Below are positions 25,993-39,083 of a DNA stretch of 64,000 nucleotides, one piece after another. Origin of the DNA: Nymphaea colorata (taxonomy: Eukaryota); contig NC_045138.2 of assembly GCF_008831285.2 (NCBI RefSeq), positions 2,046,001 to 2,110,000 on the forward strand, given 5' to 3'. The translations under genes and the position numbers were made by a program. Under the pieces are notes generated by a model that ran no database searches, was not told the origin of the DNA, and saw only the letters and a program-made list of their open reading frames with translations. Position 1 is the first letter of the stretch; every line of letters starts with the position of its first letter.

Positions 25993-27030
25993 ATGGTGAC
26001 ATTAAAAGTGGAGGGCTCCAAGCAGTATTGGGCTACAAGCAGTCTTGTTCTTGGTTATGCTCTTTGCTCAAGCCTCCTTGCTGTAATCAACAAGTATGCC
26101 ATCACAAAGTTTAGCTTCCCTGGTTTACTGACTGCCCTTCAGTATCTTACATCTGTGCTGGGTGTTTGGATTCTTGGGAAATTGGGGTTTCTTTACCATG
26201 ACCCATTTTCTGTTGAAACTGCTAAGAGATTCCTCCCTGCTGCGCTTGTTTTCTTCCTGGCGATCTTTACAAATACGAACCTCCTCCGCCATGCAAATGT
26301 GGATACCTTCATCGTCTTTCGGTCATTGACACCCCTCCTGGTTGCTATTGCTGATACTGTATTCAGAAGACAGCCATTGCCATCTAAGTTTACCTTTGTG
26401 TCGTTGGTGATAATATTTTCTGGGGCTGTTGGGTACGTTGCCACTGATTCAGCATTCACAGTTACTGCATACTCATGGGCTGTGGCTTACTTGGTTACAA
26501 TCACAACAGAAATGGTGTATATCAAACACATGGTCACAAATCTTGGATTGAACACTTGGGGCTTTGTTTTCTACAACAATTTGTTGTCATTGATGATGGC
26601 ACCTTTGTTCTGTATCATAACTGGAGAATATAATGATGTTTACATGGCTGTTAATGGATTGGAGACGCGCTCTTGGGTAAAGCCCGGAGCCTTCTTAGCA
26701 GTGTCCCTGTCTTGTGCATTTGGCCTAGCCATCAGTTTCTTTGGATTTGCAGCAAGGAAAGCAATCTCTGCTACTGCGTTTACTGTGACTGGTGTTGTCA
26801 ACAAGTTCCTTACAGTGGCTATCAACGTTTTGATCTGGGACAAGCATGCAAGTCCAGTTGGTTTGTTATGCTTGCTTTCCACACTTCTAGGAGGGATTCT
26901 ATACCAGCAGTCTGTGACTGGAGGTCCCCCTCCACAGCGAGGGACAGTGGCATCCAAGCAGGCAGATGTCACTGATAACCATGGTGAAGGTGAATCAGAT
27001 GATGAAGAAAAGAGGTTGTTGAGCGAGTAA
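25993..27030 (+). CDS. GONST4: Golgi nucleotide-sugar transporter, GONST4/GFT1 (GDP-fucose transporter) type, 345 aa
   Basis: Single ORF from the first ATG at 25993, with many hydrophobic helices. TSSLVLGYALCSSLLAVINK and GVVNK (GX[L/V]NK GDP-sugar transporter motif) match GONST4 rather than GONST3. Probable 5'-UTR intron from 25414. Confidence 0.9.
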   Translation: MVTLKVEGSKQYWATSSLVLGYALCSSLLAVINKYAITKFSFPGLLTALQYLTSVLGVWILGKLGFLYHDPFSVETAKRFLPAALVFFLAIFTNTNLLRHANVDTFIVFRSLTPLLVAIADTVFRRQPLPSKFTFVSLVIIFSGAVGYVATDSAFTVTAYSWAVAYLVTITTEMVYIKHMVTNLGLNTWGFVFYNNLLSLMMAPLFCIITGEYNDVYMAVNGLETRSWVKPGAFLAVSLSCAFGLAISFFGFAARKAISATAFTVTGVVNKFLTVAINVLIWDKHASPVGLLCLLSTLLGGILYQQSVTGGPPPQRGTVASKQADVTDNHGEGESDDEEKRLLSE

Positions 27031-30000
27031 ACCTTCTGGGTTTAATCTAGTACGATCTCAACATAGAAAATTCTTGGCTCTATGCGGCTAAGGATTCATC
27101 TGATGTGAAGTCTTAGCTCCCTTTTAGGTCACAACTGACTTTGAGTTGCAGACTGTAGGAGGTTGTAATGAAGTCTCAACGTTCTTCGATCAGCAATAAT
27201 ATATACTATATTATGGATTAGTCAGTGTCCTCTTGCTTTATTCTTGCTTAAATTGTTGTCTGAGAATTTGCCCATGCAGGAATTCATCAGTGTTCTCTTG
27301 CTTCATTCTTACCCAAGTTGTTTGGGAATTTGGATGTGCAGGGAGATGGGCACATTTTGATCTCCTTGAAATAGTTCTTTCTTTTCCATTTTTTTTCTTC
27401 TGTCATGTAGGCGTTTGTAAATGTAGCAAACATACAATAGTTTGTGGATAAATGCTTTATGCAGAAAGATTGAGAACTACAATGTATTGAAGTTCTTCAT
27501 TGTCTTTCCTGTATTATAATGGGAAACTGGTGTCTTCTGCCTGCAATTTTTGTGTTAGTTCTTAATTTCTTATCATGTCTTTGATCTTTTTGATGAACGC
27601 ATGGACAAATAATTAAATAGCAGAGTCAACTGTAGATATTTTCCCCAGGGAATGTAGACTTGCTTTCGAGATTGTATGCATTGTTGATGGAACAGATGCT
27701 GGATTTTTTTCTGTTTCTCTTAATGATCTGTTATAGTTGAGAGCAATATCCATGGTTTTGTTTTCATCAGAAACTGCAGCATTTGCCACTTTGACTGGCT
27801 TATCATGCTAGAAATGCTTGCTATAGTTGCTGCTTTTAGGCTCAGATGCTTGCTTGATTTTCTCATGTAAAAAGAAAGATCTTTAAGGCTTACATGTAAA
27901 AAATCTGTAACTTGGGATTCGGACATCAAATTTCCCACTGGGCACATTAGGAGTAGTTCACCACACATGTTCGTAGAAACAAATATCGATGCCTATGAAA
28001 AAAGGGACATAAAATCCATTTTAGAAACTTCTGAAACATCAGGATACCACTACCTTGATGAAAACCTAATAATGAAAATACACAGCCGCAGAGAGGACGA
28101 GGGAGAAACCAAACTGACATCGACGAGGAGGAGAAAAAGGCAACTCAACAAAGATTTGATGTTTAAGGAGAATGTGAATGTTCAGCAGCATTTGTATTCT
28201 GCTACGATACTCAACTTGATCCGAACAAGGTGCTTGCATGCCTTCTAGAATTTTGTTCCCGTTCCTGCTCTTCGAGGCGATGTGAACAGGAATGCGAAGA
28301 TCATCCCCTGTCAATAGCCACCCAAGTTACCAACATCTCATGAGGATGAAGACCAACTGCTCCCGGCCTTTCTTCAGGCCTTGTTTGAATACATGGAACT
28401 TTACTATAGTGCTCTAAAATGCATTGGAAAATTTCAGCTACAGGCAAACACAGAACTTTTATTCCCAAAAATTTTAGAGCCATTATGAAACCTTGTACCA
28501 GCATTAAAGTTCTAATTAAACAGGTGAAACTTCAAAGCCGAGAAGAATCTGTGTCTGTTAACTTCTCAATGCCTGGAACAGAAGTTCCATGAAAGGAAAC
28601 AAATGGGATAAATGGAATGTGGGACAAAAATTCCCCCAGCAGTTTTAAGAACGAATATTGAAATAGACAAATAAATACGTCGCCAATACTGGTCATTCTC
28701 TTGGTCAACTTCTAAGTTTGTTCAGCAAAGGCTGTCAACTTGGCTACCAAGTGTTGATGTGAGCAGGTGAGGATTTGAAGAGAGAGAGATTATTTGGGGA
28801 GAAGGGGAGGCCTGAGACTGCCATGGATCTGGGCTTCTTGTCCATCATTCTAATGCCCGTGCACTTCTTATTCTCGCAAAGAAAATATGTTGGACATGGA
28901 ATTGTTCTCTTTTTTTTTGTAGAAATTGAGAGAAAAAAAAATGATGGGATGCTACTTATTGGCATAATCTAATAGTGGTCAGCTTAATCCTAAAGCAAAG
29001 GAGGAAAAAGAAAAAAAAAAGGAACTAAAATTATATTTTAATAGATGTATACCATGGGCTGATGTAGTTTTACTTGGAATAATCCCCAAATAATCTCACA
29101 AGTTTAAACAATTGAATATATACATTTCATCGAAGGAGAGAAATTTCACCGTTTATTTATATGGTGGACGGTTTTGATGGTTGACGCTTGTATTTGGCAC
29201 GGCTTAATGAGAGGGATAAGATATTTAAAGTTTGTCTTTTCATCCCTATAACTTGACTATCCTGTGTGCCTCTCTCATTTATTCACATTTAATGAAGAAG
29301 GAAAAAGAAACTAAAACGTCAGAATTGTTGGAAATCGGACAATCAAAATTTGCTTTAGGTTTGATTGAGTCTCGTATGAAAACTAGAGTTTGCCTCCATT
29401 TATGTCGCCGTAATCTTTTAGCACCTTTTTGCGAATATAACTTCACAGATAAATAAGAAAGCTAGAAATAAAAAAAATCATTAAAATCTAATCGTCAGAA
29501 TGGGTTTTATAAGCAAAAAATGCCTAATTTTCATTAATTTTAGATTCATTGTAAAGTCTAATCTACACATCAAATTTTTATAATTTTGATTATCTAGTCA
29601 TAAATATTTTGCATCAACCCGGACGAATAGATTCGTAAAAACTTGTCAAATAAAGGCCTGGATTGAATTTTATTTCATTAGAAAAAGTTACATAAAGTGA
29701 CCGGGAGTAACTTTGAAAAAGAATAACTACAACCAACGTTCGCTGCTTTTCAAGATAACTAAATTTTTCTTCAGCCCTCACATGGTAGCTTTTGTGAAAA
29801 GTGTGCCCTCACCAAAAAAAATCAGAAAATGGTTACTTTATGAACTTAATAAACCAAAAAAATCGGCCGGAAATAGAAAATTTCGTTAATTTGTAATTGA
29901 ATCTTTTCCGCACGATAGGTTGTTTTTACATTTGAATTAGACCGAATTGAAAACCCACTAATCCGTAAAAGGTTACTTTCTCTCTCTCTCTCTCTCTCAC

Positions 30001-30186
30001 CCATACAGTAGCTCAATTATGATTGCTGAAATATGACATTGACACCATACTATGGCACGGCATTTCTGTCTTTTTTTTCAAAAAACAACCATAGATGTGA
30101 TTTGCGTGATTGATTTTGCAAAAATAGAAACACAGTTCGATCACCAAATTACAGATGACATGAATCAACTGGGCTCTATTCTCTCA

Positions 30187-30224
<38 letters not shown>

Positions 30225-30703
30225 ATGTCGAATGCTATAACCTTTGGATGATAACGAGGCGTAAACCTTCAAGCACCGTAAACTCTTTAAACAATATCAA
30301 ACTCAGGCTGATAAGCTTGTTCAGTAAGGCATCGTCCTACAAAAGATTTTTTTTCTCGAAGTCACCAACTTGAAAAGACATGCATCCACTTCAAGGGCAA
30401 AGGCTTCTAGGCCTGTACAATATTTAGCCGATTGGTATCCACCCAATAAACATTCAAATTGAAAAAAAACAATGCTTTTAACAAGCATCAAAAGATTCCA
30501 CATGGACTTTCCAAAGATACTGATATCCACAGTCATATTGTAGTGAAAATACAGACACCCTTACAGCAAGTCGGATTCTTCCAATCTTCACAAATTATAT
30601 TGCACACAAACACAAAAATTACACCAACATTACAGGCCAAATTTTCCCAGAAGATGTGGCAATGGTTGGTCTGTCGCCTCACATTGGACTGAAGGAATTT
30701 ATC

Positions 30704-33700
30704 CTACACCTCATCGTCTGTGATGATGGTCAAAAGTGAATACTTTACATTCAGTGAGATCTTACCCCTCTCCACCATAAGCCTTGCACCGGTGACAACC
30801 CAATATCCCGGAATATCCTGAGGACCTTTTGTCATTTCTGTCATATCTACAAATTTCAACATCTTGGGCGCTTGCACAGGCACTGGCGGACCTCCAGGGT
30901 AAACAGCTGAATTGATGATAACCTCTTCCGGCCTTGGTGGCGGTCGTTGGGCGGTTGAGAAGTGGGTACTGATTAATGTAGATATGATTCCAGACCTCTG
31001 TGCAATACCTGGCGATCCCTCCCAATCTGATTTTCGCACACGAGCACCGGCAACTAATGAAAATCGGAGCCTCAAGTAGAGTACTTTCTTCAATCCAACA
31101 GTGCCAACATAAAACTGGGCACCGGTGACAATCCATGGGTCGTCCCCGCGGTCCACCGGAGCTGTGCACACATGAGAGAAGCTCTTCCATTGGACAGCTT
31201 CATAATACTTGCGGTTCCTGTCAGCTTCCTCAACATGGAAGTCTGGATCATCACTGAGTTCAAAAATCTTTGGCAGCGTGGACAGGTGCTGCAGATGAAT
31301 GGCTAACCTGTTGTTCTTCTTTCCTTCCAAAAATAACCGCAGGCCTGTTACTGGCCTCTTACCCACATCAACCTATAGTACATCACACTTCATAAATTGC
31401 AGCTAGCGAAACAAACACAGCGAAAAGGAACTGAATTGAAACAACTGATTAAGCATGGCTGGGACGTAAACAAGCAATACTTTCAAGGCCTGTTAGGATT
31501 GCGAAACCAATATATAAAGTTATCAGAATCAGAATCCCCATAACAGCAAATTCATCTTCAGTTAAAACTTTTGGCTATAAGTAGTTTGATAATTTCAAAT
31601 TAGTTCATCTATTTATTCCTTGGAAAAATAGACTGAATCATTGAATCTGCATCAATTTCTGAATATGAATGACTTATAAGATCTTTAACACTGTGGGCTA
31701 CTTTTTGGTAAAGAAAATATGAACTTGAAAAAATTATGACGGCAATAAACTGCAAAAAAGAGTCATTGCATGAAAGAGCATACCAAGTCGGTATTAACAT
31801 AAAGCTTGGGCCCCAAGAAACTGAATTGAAGTGCAGCATTGCTTTGTTGTCTTCGCTGAGGACCGAGGGCAAGCTCACTGAACACTGGTGCCCATTGCCT
31901 TGGCAGCTGGAATTCAAAAAATTGGTGAAGCTCTTCAATTGGTGGTTTATCTGCATAAAGAACAAAGACCAAAATGTTGATGCAGATATTTGTGTCAGCT
32001 CAACAATATACTCTACTCTTGCATCAAGTACGATGAAATTTTTAAACTGTTAAAGCACAGCGTCCAACCACACCCCCACCCCCAACACAGAGAGAGAGAG
32101 AGAAAGAGAGAGATACACTTACAGCGGAGATATAAATTAATAGCATGGCTCAGGAATCCACTACCAGGAACTCCATTCAACAGAGATGTAATCGGAACAA
32201 AAGTCATTGAGATGACGTCAGGATCTAGGGGGACTGTAGCTAACCATTGGTTATGGGATAAGTTCTTATCACTGCCACCCCTCTTCTTGTTAACTATGAT
32301 AAATCCCTGCATGCCCACAAGCAAGAAGTGAGGTTCCCAAATGGTGACAGAATTAAATTTAAAAGTGAATCTAAAACACAAAAATATGGGTAACTTGTGC
32401 AACTTTATGCTGAAAGTACCTCCTTGCTTGACATAGACATGGATGTACTGCTGATATGAAAATTGGAAAAGTTCTCCATGATGTCATGCTGAAAATAAGG
32501 TAAACTGTATAGATGAGAACTTGTAATAAATAGTAACAGCATTAAAAATGGTTCATCGCAAGCCAGTAAAAGGAAAAAGCATTTACTTCTAACATTCAGA
32601 CATAAAAAGAAAGTCCTACCTTGCCTCTTCTTGAAATTTCTTCAGAATCAATGCCATAACGGCCACTTGCATCTGAAAATCTCTGATCAGCTATTGCCTT
32701 TACGTGTTGTTGAACTTCAGCTGGTTGAAGATTGGAATTATGCTGCTGTTTCACATAAATTACATCTTTTCCACCCATTTTTACCCCAGTTACAATATGT
32801 GTACCATATTTTTCAATAAATCTGAAACAAAACAAAATGGAATAAGATGGCGTGGTCATTGAATGCAACCTTAAGCCCATTTAGTTAATGGCCCTCAGTT
32901 TTATGGCCCACAAGAAGCAACATTCCCCAGCAAATGCCAAAGTGACGCATCCAATAACAAAGCAGGACGATAACAGATATGGCATGTTTCATTTTACAGT
33001 ATAACTTTTTAGGCCAGCCCCATCACTAAATAGTTAAGACGATACAGTGTTTCAGGATAGAAAATTATCCAATGCTGTGAGAATCAGGAAAAAATCTGAA
33101 GCTGACATTTCTTTAGAATTGATACCACTACAATAAGTGTAACTTCCATGAACACAACTAATGAATGACTCTTCCATGAACACAACTAGTGAATGACTAT
33201 CCATCAAAGTATTTGCACAGATCAGATAGGAAGGAAATTTACCTTGCCAATGCAGCAGGATCCCACGAAGATGGGACCTCTTTCTTAACATGATCACGCA
33301 GAACTACCTGGGATCTTGTTAATCCAACAGTGAAGAGGGTGATAAACCATCCATCGAATGCAAGACTTTTGGTACCAGCTGCATCCTTTTGCCAAGAACC
33401 AGTAAACTCAAACATGGTGTTGAATAAGCCACATGGGATTTTGCCGCCCAGTGATAAATCCTGATTGAATTGCTCTGACATCTGCAATTTGATACTACTA
33501 CCTAATCAGACACTATAGTCATAGCTCATTTCAAAAGATCAAGTCTCCTCATTTTTTGTTAAAGAGCATTTTACATGCATAATTGATCAAGTCAGAATCT
33601 GCCAATTAATGAACTACAGCCAGTTTCAGAAAGAAAATTCTATGCAAATCAATCAATTGAAATATCTTCGGACTCTAATCTCTGCCATCTGGAAAATGGG

Positions 33701-36700
33701 TTCGGAGTTGTAAGTGAAAAAGTACATTCCAAGTAACTGCTAAAGAACAAAAACGAAATTGCAGAAATCCCCAATCCTGTTCGTGCATGTATCGTGAATG
33801 AAATTAAGAGTATTTAAAACAGCAGTCCCATGTGTGCATGCAGCAACATGTAAGGGAATAAATGTAAAAGTCCATCAATAAAAGGGTAACCTTCAAATTT
33901 TAGAAAACATTTTGGACTTGGCCAAGTTGAGAAACCATCTTTTAGGTATTGACAGGACTTCTTGAGCCTCTCCAACATATTAATGAGTTTTCAAGGAAAT
34001 AAAATAACATGATTATTACACTTTGGAAAATGAAGGAAGTGCAGTTTAGAATAATGATGCAATAAAAGGCTTTTTTTCAAGTTTTCTCTCTCCCCACCCT
34101 CCTCTTTTTTGCCCCAAAATATAATCTATAGGAAAGTAATATATAAAAAATCAGACAACCAATCATTAATAATAAAGCATAATTTCTCGGGTATTAAAAT
34201 AATAATAAAGAAAATAAACAAAAAATTGTTAATGGAAAATCTTTTAGATATTAATGAGGCTTCTCAAATTTTCATGATATTAATAGTTTTCGAAAAGTTT
34301 CATTTTCTTAATACTACAAAATGCAATAATTGCAGTTGAAAACAGTGAATATGGTGCTTTTTCAGGGTATTTCTCCATCAAAAGACTGTTATGTTTGACA
34401 AAGACTGGGATACACACACACATATGCATATACGATTATATGTATATATCATTATCACAGATATCAGCATTTCTTCAAAAAATGTGCAAAAGGGGAAAAA
34501 AACCAGGAAACGTGAAAGAATCACAATGTTATGAGAGAAAACACCAAAATGAAAAACACATGTTTTTATTTTTCAAAAAAAATATATATATTTTCAATTT
34601 TTGTATGTTTATTATTCTAAATTTTTAACTATTTGAATAAGTATTTTGAATTTTTGTGAATGTTTTTGTAAGAAAATTAGTAAGAACTCAGATTTTCATG
34701 ATATTTTATTATTTTTTATGTTTCTTTGTTTTGAATGCCAAAACAACAAGCTTCCATAATAATACCTGAGTAAGACATTTGTGACAACAATAATAAATGA
34801 CTGGAACCAATGACTGGAAACGTATCTTGTTTCAATTTTTCGGAACTTTTGGCAGAATAAGCCTTACGGATGTAACCCACATGTTTTACATGGTAGGAAA
34901 TATTGCCCTGATCCGGTGATCCTAGAATGTAACAATGCTTTTTTAAGTGCTTCAGAAACTGACAGATAACAATCTACCAGTGTTGTACGTGGGGCCGTAT
35001 CGTACGATACGTATCGTATCATTTATAAAATACGATACGATACACCCCCTGTATCGTAAATGGGGGTGTATCGTACCTGTATCGTACGATATGTGCGATA
35101 CGGACCCCCGTATCGTACGATACGGTGCGATACGGCAGGTATCGTACGATACGGGTTGATTTCTAAAAAGGGGGATTGAACCCCATTTTTTCGAGTTTCT
35201 TTTATAAAAACCCACCCCTAATTCATTTCTAATCTATAGATTGTACCGCCTTAGAGGGAAATCATCGATTTCCATTGTGAAATCATCGATTTTCACCGTA
35301 AAATCATCTATTAAACCATGAATTTGTGCATGGGTGGCTGATTCCCATTGGGAGGAAAGGGGTTTTTTTAAACCATGAAGATGAAGATGAAAAAGAATGA
35401 TATTGTTATGAATTTTGATGTCTATGAAGTATGAATGATGAACCGTGAACGCGTAAGTTTATAGCATTTAGCAAAATAATAAGTCTATCATAAAAGACTA
35501 AAACATGTTTTCTATGAAGAATTTATTATTTTTAATTTTTTTAATTTTTTTTATGAATTTTTCGATTTTTTTAAATTTTTCTGATTTATTATTATTATTT
35601 TTTAAAAATTTACGATACGGTTACGATACGTTACGATACGACGTATTTTAAAGCCCGACCGATACGGCTTACGATACGCGTTTTACAACATTGCAATCTA
35701 CAAAACCTTTGACCTCTTTAAATTAGATATCCACATAAAAAAAAGAACATGACACGAAGATCGACTTTAGAGTTAAAAAAAAAAAAAGAATAAAAAAATC
35801 TAAACATGCAGTTTGAGCCGATAGAACATGCATACTGCATACTATGAATTTCACCTTTATTACTGGTGCAAACAGTGTAAACTCAATTTTGTACTTACAG
35901 ATGTTGCCGTTTGTCTGCGAGTGCTAGTGCGTGTACGCACACACGCATGTGTGAGCGAAAGAGGCAGGCCGTTGACACTAGAAGCAAATAAACAAATGAT
36001 TTTTGACTAAATCCGGGTTGTAGAAGCAATTTATTGTGGTCTATTTTGGGACGCTGACTTGACTAGATCCAACGTTGTAGAAGCAATTTACACTGGTTTA
36101 TACTGGGTGTCTGACCCTTTGTCTTTAAATTGTGTAATGTGCTTCCATCAACTCTTGATCCCCCCAAGAAAAAGATCATGCATAAAAATCCACGACCCAA
36201 GAGACCAATAACTACAAGGTAGATAACGATTAACTAGCAGGACCGACTGTAAACAACATGACCATTGATAACGAATAGACGTCAAGGTCAAATGCTTAAG
36301 CAGGCATGCAATGGCTGTGCAGAGTCATACAATCTTAGGTGCAAGATGACGGGACTGGGATTCATCTTGGCATATTTTAAAAACCTCAGTGTGCATCCAA
36401 AACCATCCGGTGCACTATCCCAATCTGTGCCCATAGGAAGCCAAAGATGCACGAAGATTAGAAAGCCAAAAAAGTTCGCGCATTTTTCTCGTTTGACATG
36501 GAAACTGCCGAACAAACGCGTGGGAAATTTATTCCAAAAGATATAGTCATGTTATGGTCCAGCGGAATCCTATAAATAGAAAGAAATCGCGCTACCAATT
36601 ACCTTTCCAGGAAATTACTGCAGTAGTCCTCCACAAACACGAAAAGAAATCCAACTACTATATCACAATAATCCAACAGAAAAAGAGGCAAGCAATGACA

Positions 36701-37089
36701 CGGTTAGTAACTGCAATAATCGAACGGGACTCCACAACTCGTCTAAACAAATGTCCTCTGAACGAAGAACAAGCAATTTGATGGCCTAAATCCGTCAAAG
36801 AAATTTTCTCAGCGATCGAGGAGCAAACCTGCTGAAAGGACAACACGTCCGATCTGAACCGCATCCGCTCACCCTTGTCACACTTGATCGACGTCGGAAC
36901 GTTGGCAACCGAGATCCCTCCCGGCAAAGTGACATCCTGGACGTGGTCCTGATCGAGCTCGATCAAATGAGGATCAGGAGAGTTGAATTTGCAGTACTTG
37001 AGCCGAAGATCCACCGCAACGTCGTAACCGCGCCCTATGGCCCCGATCGCCATCTCTGCGGCACCCTGCGGCGATCCTCTACGTGCCAT
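30704..37089 (-). CDS. MACPF domain-containing protein (At4g24290/NSL1/CAD1 family), 596 aa, 7 exons
   Basis: Exons 37089-36829, 33481-33243, 32821-32620, 32488-32420, 32306-32123, 31950-31784 and 31372-30704, all GT-AG, 1791 nt in frame. Motifs IGRGYD, IKCDKGER, FIEKYGTHIV.GVKMGG, YKPPIEELHQF and GYWVVTGARL. Confidence 0.95.
34978..35693. mobile_element. hAT-type MITE with CGATAC subterminal repeats, in MACPF intron 1
   Basis: TIRs CAGTGTTGTA / TACAACATTG; perfect 8-bp TSD CAATCTAC at 34970-34977 and 35694-35701. Confidence 0.92.
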
Positions 37090-38739
37090 TTCTGGAGCAT
37101 CCCCTTCCTATTCCAAGCAAGTGCACGGAACCCAACCACTCTCACTGTAAATTCACCCCAACCCTAATCCCAAACCCTTTCTCCCAACTGGAAACCAGAC
37201 CAGGCAGATCCCTTGGCAGCTGACACGGTGGTCCTCTCTCCCCGAAGGATCGGTGGCCAACCTTCAATTTTTCCACCTACCTCTCCAGCAGCTGCCGCTT
37301 CCGCTTCCGAATCCTAACCTCGACCTAGGAATCAAGAAAAAACACCAGAAAATCGTCCTTTCCCTTACCTCCTCCGACAACCGGACAATCAAACGATTCA
37401 AACCCTAGCTTTCCCACAGCTCCCCAATCAATTCCAGCAGAAACCACCACAACAGCTGCTCGAAAAGGCTCGCCGAACCGATCGCAAACAAAATCCACTG
37501 AAAATCGTCAAACCGAGAGCTACATACCCCAGCTCCCGCCTCAGACTCGGTGGACGGAGAAAGAAGGCCTCAAACGATAGTAAGGAACAACGAACACTCA
37601 CAGCAACGGATGGGAGCTCAGAGGAGCCTGAAATTTTCTTCTTTTCCCTTTTCTCCTTGCTGTCCTGAAGCCGATCGAAGAAATTGCGGATCGAAACCCT
37701 AGATTTTCTTATATGGCCTCTCAGTCGTTTGCCTTTTACTCCTTTTTCTATTCCCCTTAATGGAGCAGGCAAACGATTGCGGCCGGACGAAGAGACTCGC
37801 GGTAAAAAAGAAAAATTCACCGTTAGTATTTTTTCTTTTCACCCGTCGACTCAGACTTCTCCGCGTGAATAATTCCACCAATTAAAGAGAAAAAAAAAAG
37901 GGCACCAGACCAGAGCGGGCAGCTCCACTGCGAGAACAAATTACCAAATTACCTTATTACCCTTATCGCGTGGAAGACAGTTGACTCTAGAGAACCGGAG
38001 CAGCACCTCTAACCGATACGTCTCGTTTCGGAATGATACGCATTATTTGTATCGGTTATAGTAATTTAACTTAAAACTTAAAAGATCCTACAATAATAGT
38101 TTTAACGATATATTTCAAATACTGTGTCTCTCAATTTGATGATTCTAAATAATATGCACCGTTGGTATTAGTTAAAGAACTTAAAAAATTTAATTGAAAA
38201 AAAATTATAATAATATTTTTAATCTCATGTTGTGAAGTTAAACAACATAAACATTATGTAATACTTTATTTTGAGAAAGTTTGACTTAACATTTACATGA
38301 AAGTTAATCGCGTATTGAAAATTCTTAAAAATGTTTAAGGATTTAGTGAATTGTTTTTTCTTGATCATTGTGTGTGTTTAAGACCGATGCTGAACCTGAT
38401 TGTGACGCCAAGAATATTAACAACTTTGATTCATGCTCCCAAAAGGCTGGGAACTATAAAAATTAAATAATTTATTCAATCTATGTATAAATATTTGTAG
38501 ACATCTAAGCATACTTAATGCATTGCAACATAGGTTGATAGAGACTGGTTTTGAATATTTTATTTATAATTAATTAATCATATTCGTTATCACTGATGTA
38601 GACAACGACCTGATGTGGTATGCCATTTTTTATGTCTAATGGAAAGCTTTGAAACTAATTTAAATTAAGTAATGAATATTTATAACTCTTTAATTAAAAG
38701 AGGTTAATTTTTGTGTGGGTCTCATAGCTTACCATCATC

Positions 38740-39083
38740 TAAGCTTGGGCATCCGGCCAGCCCGACCTGGCCCGATAAGGAGTCGGGCTCGGGCCTACTT
38801 CGACACTTAAAACCTTAGCTTGAGTTTTGCTCTATGATTAAATTAAAAAATATATTTTTAATATGAAAAATATATAAATATAATTAATTGTAATAAAATA
38901 TTATAATTATATATATAAATCAATACAATCTATATTAAAAAAATCTTATCATGTTGAACTGGCCTTAATCAGGCCCATCCGAGCCGGCCCCATAACTGAT
39001 CGAGCCGGCCCGATGTCCTTTTTTTCTGGCCAAAGTTAAGCCAGTACCGCACCGGATCGACCTTGAGCGGACACCCAGCCTTA
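38740..39083. mobile_element. GGCCC-family MITE with AT-rich core
   Basis: TAAGCTTGGGCATCCG / CGGACACCCAGCCTTA termini; no clear TSD. Confidence 0.7.
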
